From NCBI GenBank assembly GCA_002269645.1, contig NIVC01004301.1:1-51282 (forward strand): a DNA stretch of 51,282 nt. Direction: 5' to 3'. This DNA is from Macrostomum lignano (lineage: Eukaryota). The position numbers and the translations under genes were made by a program. The notes under the pieces were generated by a model. That model saw only the letters and a program-made list of their open reading frames with translations, was not told the DNA's origin and did no database searches. Shown here one piece after another: positions 48,501-51,282 of this stretch (positions are counted from its first letter, which is position 1; the number at the start of each line of letters is the position of its first letter).

Positions 48501-50844
48501 ACTTCAATTTTTCTCATTATCCTTACCTTCCTCTGACCCTCTCCTCTCAGACACTCTCTCACTAACCCTCTCCTCTCTCACTAACCCTCTCCTCTCTCAC
48601 TGTCACTCTCCTCTCTCACTGTCACTCTCCTCTCTCATTGTCACTCTCCTCTCTCACTGTCACTCTCCTCTCTCACTGTCACTCTCCTCTCTCACTGTCA
48701 CTCTCCTCTCTCACTGTCACTCTCCTCTCTCACTGTCACTCTCCTCTCTCACTGTCACTCTCCTCTCTCACTAACACTCTCCTTTCTCACTGTCACTCTC
48801 CTCTCTCACTGTCACTCTCCTCTCTCACTGTCACTCTCCTCTCTCACTAACACTCTCCTCTCTCACTGTCACTCTCCTCTCTCACTGTCACTCTCCTCTC
48901 TCACTGTCACTCTCCTCTCTCACTGTCACTCTCCTCTCTCATTGACACTCTCCTCTCTCACTAACACTCTCCTCTCTCACTAACACTCTCCTCTCTCACT
49001 AACACTCTCCTCTCTCACTGTCACTCTCCTCTCTCACTAACACTCTCCTCTCTCACTGTCACTCTCCTCTCTCACTAACACTCTCCTCTCTCACTAACAC
49101 TCTCCTCTCTCACTGTCACTCTCCTCTCTCACTGTCACTCTCCTCTCTCACTGTCACTCTCCTCTCTCACTGTCACTCTCCTCTCTTACTGTCACTCTCC
49201 TCTCTCACTGTCACTCTCCTCTCTCACTGTCACTCTCCTCTCTCACTGTCACTCTCCTCTCTTACTGTCACTCTCCTCTCTTACTGTCACTCTCCTCTCT
49301 TACTGTCACTCACCTCTCCCTCTGACACTCTCCTCTCCCTCTGACACTCTCTCCTCTCCATTATCTTTCTTGGAACCCTTCATCCCATCGACAACTGTCC
49401 CTGTAGTTCCAAATCTCCCTGGCAACTAATTGCCACCGCACCTTTCGCCCTCAAAGAGGTGAAAAAAAAACAAAGTTAATCACTCGTTCTTCATCTTAAA
49501 TTTCTTACTCATCGTTAACTATGAAAATAGTGGCACAATGAATATCAACAAAGACCAGGGCATACAGCGTCCCAATAATGGCGATGGCGACACTTCATCA
49601 AGAACTCTAAAAAGCTCACTTGACTGAAGTGGCCGCCTCTTTTTACTCGCACACGATTTTTGCCGGGCGACAAAGACTTTTCCTGTATTTCTGATTTTCA
49701 AGTGCTCGCCTGCTGAAAACTTGGAAGAGAAACACTCCAGCAGTCCCCGGGATCAGAGGCAATTTATAGGGCCTATTATTATTATTAAGGGGCAGTTGTC
49801 CGGGCACCATACAGAGACGACAAGATTATGCAAGATCCCACCATCCATTCTCATTCAATCCCTGGCAGCTCTCAAGTGCCGCGACCGTGGTTTTGACCGC
49901 GGCTGGGCATCCCCAAAAGACTTGACACTTTTTCATTCAAAAATCTTTCTCGATCCCCCACAACTTCTTGGCCACAGCGCGGAGCCCGCGTCAGTTTTTT
50001 GAAAGAGAGGCCTGCCTCCTGCCTACGCACCAATCCCCCCAGGTGTGCCGTGCATGGCAAAAGTTGTCGACATTGAAGAACGATTTCAATCCCTCTAATA
50101 TATTTAATGAGTAGCGCCTGATAATGGGCAGCTGATATAACCAGGCTGACATTGCGGCCACGTCAACTCGGGATGAAGAGAAATCTCTTCACACCTTTCC
50201 ACCCGCGCCACCATCGTTTAAGGCAGGTTTTACACGCAGCTCTGAAGGGGCCTTAGCTGTCTGTCTGCTCTCTCTCGCCTTTCTCTCCCCTACCCTAGGC
50301 AGGGCTAGGCTCTCCGGCTCTCTCGGGTTGTAAAAAAAGGAATTCCAGGCATGACAACACAGCGAGCGCGAGAGTCAAGGCGGTCGACAGCAGCCCATCT
50401 GGACAGTTCGATTGTAGACGGGAAAAGTTTGAAGTTTTTAAGGCCTGGTCAGCATATGTCGCCAATACTCGGAGAGAGATGGAGAGGCAACAGAAGTAAA
50501 ACAGCATCGCACAGTTGTCGGTCTCGCCCAGCGGCAGCTGAAGTGCCCAAAAAGCATTACCGTTTGCTTCCATTAAAAGCCTGCCCCCCAGCCTCTTCTT
50601 AACAAATTGGTGCGGCTGAAGCCAGAAAGCTTTTTTTTCGCACCCGGGTGCCGCGTCGTAGCATTTCCGAAATTCCCGAATATTCCGTATCGTTCGGGAA
50701 CCGATTTCTCCACTCGCCGCATTAAAAGCGCCACAATTCTTTGTTTTGCAGGTCGAACCAAATCGAAGGACAGGAAGTGCCCGAAAAGGTGCAAATCGAA
50801 TGACTCAAGCCTCACTCAGGTGGACTATTGTCTGCGACCGTGGG
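42532..50844 (+). CDS. NTN1: Netrin (UNC-6/netrin-1-like), 3'-incomplete. Exons: 42532-43576, 45007-45189, 45242-45442, 46763-46918, 48297-48440, 50752-50844; continues beyond the window
   Basis: Signal peptide; laminin VI domain ([41 protein letters not shown]); LE repeats ([17 protein letters not shown]...HNTAG, CDCHSH...[14 protein letters not shown]); Pro-rich linker; start of an NTR-like domain (CPKRCK...YC). All introns are phase 1, GT-AG. One-to-one orthology to NTN1 is not established. Confidence 0.88.
44340..44865 (-). mobile_element. tRNA-like SINE head whose A and B boxes are separated by an expanded 16-bp minisatellite
   Basis: On the minus strand: A-box-like GTCTCGGGAGCGGTAA at 44853-44838 and B box GGTTCGATTCCC at 44384-44373. 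Confidence 0.45.
44410..44812. repeat. 16-bp minisatellite (TAGAGACGTGCACAGG)n
   Basis: Direct. Confidence 0.95.
45465..46327. repeat. 20-bp minisatellite (AGGCGCCAAGTCTAATAATC)n with higher-order blocks, in netrin intron 3
   Basis: Direct. Confidence 0.95.
46990..48047. repeat. (GACACAGA)n 8-bp satellite in netrin intron 4
   Basis: Direct; accounts for the CVSVSLCL ORFs. Confidence 0.97.
48550..49335. repeat. 19-bp minisatellite (CTCTCCTCTCTCACTGTCA)n in netrin intron 5
   Basis: Direct. Confidence 0.96.
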
Positions 50845-50913
50845 GTGAGTATGGGAGAGCTGGCAAATATTGATGGGAATCAACTAAAGAGTGGAATATA
50901 GATGGGATGATGG

Positions 50914-51282
50914 AAACAGAACAGGGACAAACAGGAAACAGAACAGGGAAACAGGAAACAGAACAGGGACAACAGGAAACAGAACAGGGAAAACAGGAAA
51001 CAGAACAGGGAAACAGGAACAGAACAGGGAAAACAGGAAAACAGAATAGGGAAAACAGGAAATAGAATAGGGACAACAGGAAACAGAACAGGGAAAACAG
51101 GAAAAAGAACAGGGAAAACAGGAAACAGAACAGGGAAAACAGGAAACAGAAAGGGAAAAACAGGAAACAGAACAGGGAAAACAGGAAAACAGAACAGGGA
51201 AAACAGGAAACAGAATAGGGAAACAGGAAATAGAATAGGGACAACAGGAAACAGAACAGGGAAACAGGAAATAGAACAGGGA
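50914..51282. repeat. ~20-21-bp minisatellite (GGGAAAACAGGAAACAGAACA)n in netrin intron 6
   Basis: Direct. Confidence 0.95.

Overview
This is animal (invertebrate) genomic DNA, not prokaryotic. It has GC-rich exons with GT-AG introns and AT-rich intergenic DNA, and nearly every gap holds a different micro- or minisatellite. The style suggests a free-living flatworm such as Macrostomum, but that is an unverified inference. Minus-strand genes: a family-B/Methuselah-like 7TM GPCR, a ~1100-aa uncharacterised protein, a 4-exon cyclin Q (FAM58/CCNQ), and a cluster of secreted PAN-domain lectin-like genes (one intact PAN+CTLD, one PAN+LamG-like with a premature TGA, one truncated CTLD paralog). Plus-strand genes: a divergent presenilin, a 3-exon MARVEL protein and a netrin that runs off the window. 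Mobile DNA: an RNase H-encoding LINE nested in a related LINE, an hAT-type MITE with an 8-bp TSD, a foldback MITE, a ~2.2-kb LTR-like element, tRNA-derived SINEs and a tRNA-Gln pseudogene. The most unusual observations are: (1) the presenilin loop appears to be encoded by a 24-bp minisatellite whose variants are all synonymous, and a SINE has since split that exon; (2) the cyclin Q terminal exon is bracketed by inverted arrays of one minisatellite; (3) the netrin has a duplicated LE2 exon; (4) an LTR-like promoter rich in bZIP sites points into the lectin cluster. All gene models were derived by hand from translation and splice consensus; no database search was run.
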